Source: Diadema antillarum
Taxonomy: Eukaryota
Reading direction: 5' to 3'
NCBI RefSeq assembly: GCF_040938485.1
Contig: NW_027272137.1
Span: 806,001 to 870,000, forward strand
DNA length: 64,000 nt
Positions within the stretch are counted from its first letter, which is position 1, and each line of letters starts with the position of its first letter. Positions 62,701 to 64,000 of this stretch are shown piece by piece. A program made the translations under genes and the position numbers. Below the pieces are notes generated by a model. That model had not been told where the DNA came from and made no database searches. It was given only the letters and a program-made list of their open reading frames with translations.

Positions 62701-63132
62701 AAAATATGAGCAGATACAGTGAGAAAGTCAGAAAAAAAGAAGCTCATAGTCACCACGGTCACTTTACAATTTCTATGTGATACTATGTTGCATGAACTAA
62801 TATGTATTTTTACATTTGCAATATTCATCATTTGTAAATGAACATACTGAAAAAGGAACGAATGAATGATTTTCTTTTTTTTAATGAAATCTGTGTGGCA
62901 AGAAAGCTCTAAGTCTTTCGGACAATAAACCAACTACAAGTCTCTAAAATCGCACTCCAGTCTTCGTACCCTCAAGGATCTCAATCTGCTGGTGTACCAG
63001 GACCTGGTCGATCTGGGCTAGGTACTCCAGTCCTGGGGGTACTCCAGGAACATTCAGCTGGGGCATTGGCATCCAGTTACCGGGCAGCTGGCCGGGCATC
63101 GCTGCGCCCATCTGCATGGACTTCGGCTGGTT
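56714..63132 (-). CDS. PLSCR: Phospholipid scramblase gene D (8 coding exons seen; 5' exon not located, probably beyond the window)
   Basis: Minus-strand exons 62970-63132, 62007-62084, 60311-60387, 59608-59738, 58817-58937, 58298-58400, 57356-57414 and 56714-56755 join in frame (774 nt). Confidence 0.93.
57101..57370 (-). repeat. 31-34-nt minisatellite derived from the gene D exon 8 / intron 8 junction
   Basis: Five ATTCT..TT|GT.AGTA-type units, the first of which is the real donor. Confidence 0.75.
57161..57276. mobile_element. Short Harbinger-like MITE (gene D intron 8)
   Basis: Inverted ends GGGTCCCGTTTTATCAAAAG / CTCTTCATAAAACATGGTC with CTAG-like flanks; interrupts a minisatellite. 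Confidence 0.6.
57356..57414 (-). CDS. PLSCR: PLSCR gene D exon 8
   Basis: (F)PQDLDVRAKASLIGTMILI; acag| and |gtgagt. Confidence 0.95.
58298..58400 (-). CDS. PLSCR: PLSCR gene D exon 7
   Basis: VKSPDLSADVGKISKQWGGFFRECITRADNFGIT; acag| and |gtgagt. Confidence 0.95.
58817..58937 (-). CDS. PLSCR: PLSCR gene D exon 6
   Basis: (T)KYCWKPNLDVMDANRQCILKIRGPCWLCQTICCQDDIDFV; ccag| and |gtaagt. Confidence 0.95.
59608..59738 (-). CDS. PLSCR: PLSCR gene D exon 5
   Basis: [43 protein letters not shown]; acag| and |gtaaga. Confidence 0.95.
60311..60387 (-). CDS. PLSCR: PLSCR gene D exon 4
   Basis: (E)SECCHRVWCREHRGFTLHVVDNMNQ; ttag| and |gttggt. Confidence 0.93.
62007..62084 (-). CDS. PLSCR: PLSCR gene D exon 3
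   Basis: (V)[25 protein letters not shown]; tcag| and |gtaagt. Confidence 0.95.
62970..63132 (-). CDS. PLSCR: PLSCR gene D exon equivalent to exon 2
   Basis: NQPKSMQMGAAMPGQLPGNWMPMPQLNVPGVPPGLEYLAQIDQVLVHQQIEILE; tcag| and |gtacga. Confidence 0.9.
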
Positions 63133-63682
63133 CTGAATGGGTAGCAAAGAATATCCGAGACGACATAACTTGCTGGTGAATATACTTGATATTTCTCACT
63201 TGTGAAAAAAAGACAAAATAAAACAAAACAAAAGCAACCTCCTGTCGCTCGCAATAAAGATAACACAATATAGAGTCTAACCTATGTGGAAAATTACACA
63301 CTATCGCTTGGTAGTGCATGAAAACAAGAATCTTGAACAATTATTAACACTTACAAATTACAGCATGGAAAACGGAGTTGAAAACTACTTGGTATAGATA
63401 AAGAAGATCGATCCCAGGAGAACAAGTTATCGATGACCCGGGTACGCTCAGGCCTACTGGGTAAGGAACTGGCTCTTTGGGGATTGCGACCATAAATAGT
63501 TTTGGTGTTAAAGCCTATCCGTAAAGGGCTTACACGAGTGATCAACTCTCTTTTTTGTCCTTGTGTGCATAACACTCAACGGGTGCTTATTGACAATATT
63601 CTCGACCTTTCTTCAGGACGGAACGTGAAATTCGTTTCAAAAGAGCACAAGTTTTTGTCAGTAAAACTCCAAATGAAGACCC

Positions 63683-63823
63683 GGGGACCGTTTCATGAAA
63701 CTTTTTGTCAGTGATTTACACTGACAACTGTTAAAAGCTACTGAAATCCTTGCGTCTGATTGGCTGATGATAGCAAATTTGTCGGTGAAAACCTCCGACG
63801 AACTTGTTGATGAAACGCCCCCC
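63683..63823. mobile_element. Harbinger-like MITE
   Basis: GGGGACCGTTTCATGAAAC ... GTTGATGAAACGCCCCCC; central CTGATTGGCTG. Confidence 0.65.
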
Positions 63824-64000
63824 TGACGTCGATGATTAAGTGGCGTGCCGATTAAAGTGCTAGACGTCTCAGTAGATGTGGATAACCGAACACCTAGTTC
63901 CCGATGGCTATGGCCATGCTTCGACGTTCTACCAACATTCGAATGGGGGTACGTCATCAGTAGGTAGAAGAAGGCTGATAAGCACACTCGACCAACAAGG

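Overview
AT-rich, intron-rich animal genomic DNA. The repeat content suggests an echinoderm, probably a sea urchin (inference only). The window holds a cluster of four spliced phospholipid scramblase (PLSCR-family) genes arranged A-> B-> <-C <-D. I rebuilt them exon by exon using GT-AG sites and intron phases (0,1,1,0,2,0,1,0; D lacks the first of these introns in the window). A (9379-18648, +) and B (26855-35561, +) are close tandem duplicates of 313 aa each and share an unusual N-terminal exon. C (38278-46241, -, 237 aa) and D (56714-63132, -, 5' exon not found in the window) form a second subfamily. Gene C has an in-frame loss of 12 codons that removes the conserved Cys-rich CxRxxCxxxR segment of exon 4, with splice sites intact. 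Introns and intergenic DNA are dense with non-autonomous transposons (Kolobok-like TTAA MITEs, Harbinger-like, Tc1/pogo-like, hAT-like and foldback elements). There is also a 3.9-kb piggyBac-like element, a decayed Gypsy fragment and LINE 3' tails. Two further structures stand out: an inverted pair of Penelope-type minimal hammerhead ribozyme motifs in intron 4 of gene B, and a tandem array of duplicated 5' splice sites in intron 8 of gene D. Almost all ORFs in the supplied six-frame track are artefacts of N-runs, simple repeats or exon read-through. No rRNA, tRNA or CRISPR array was found.
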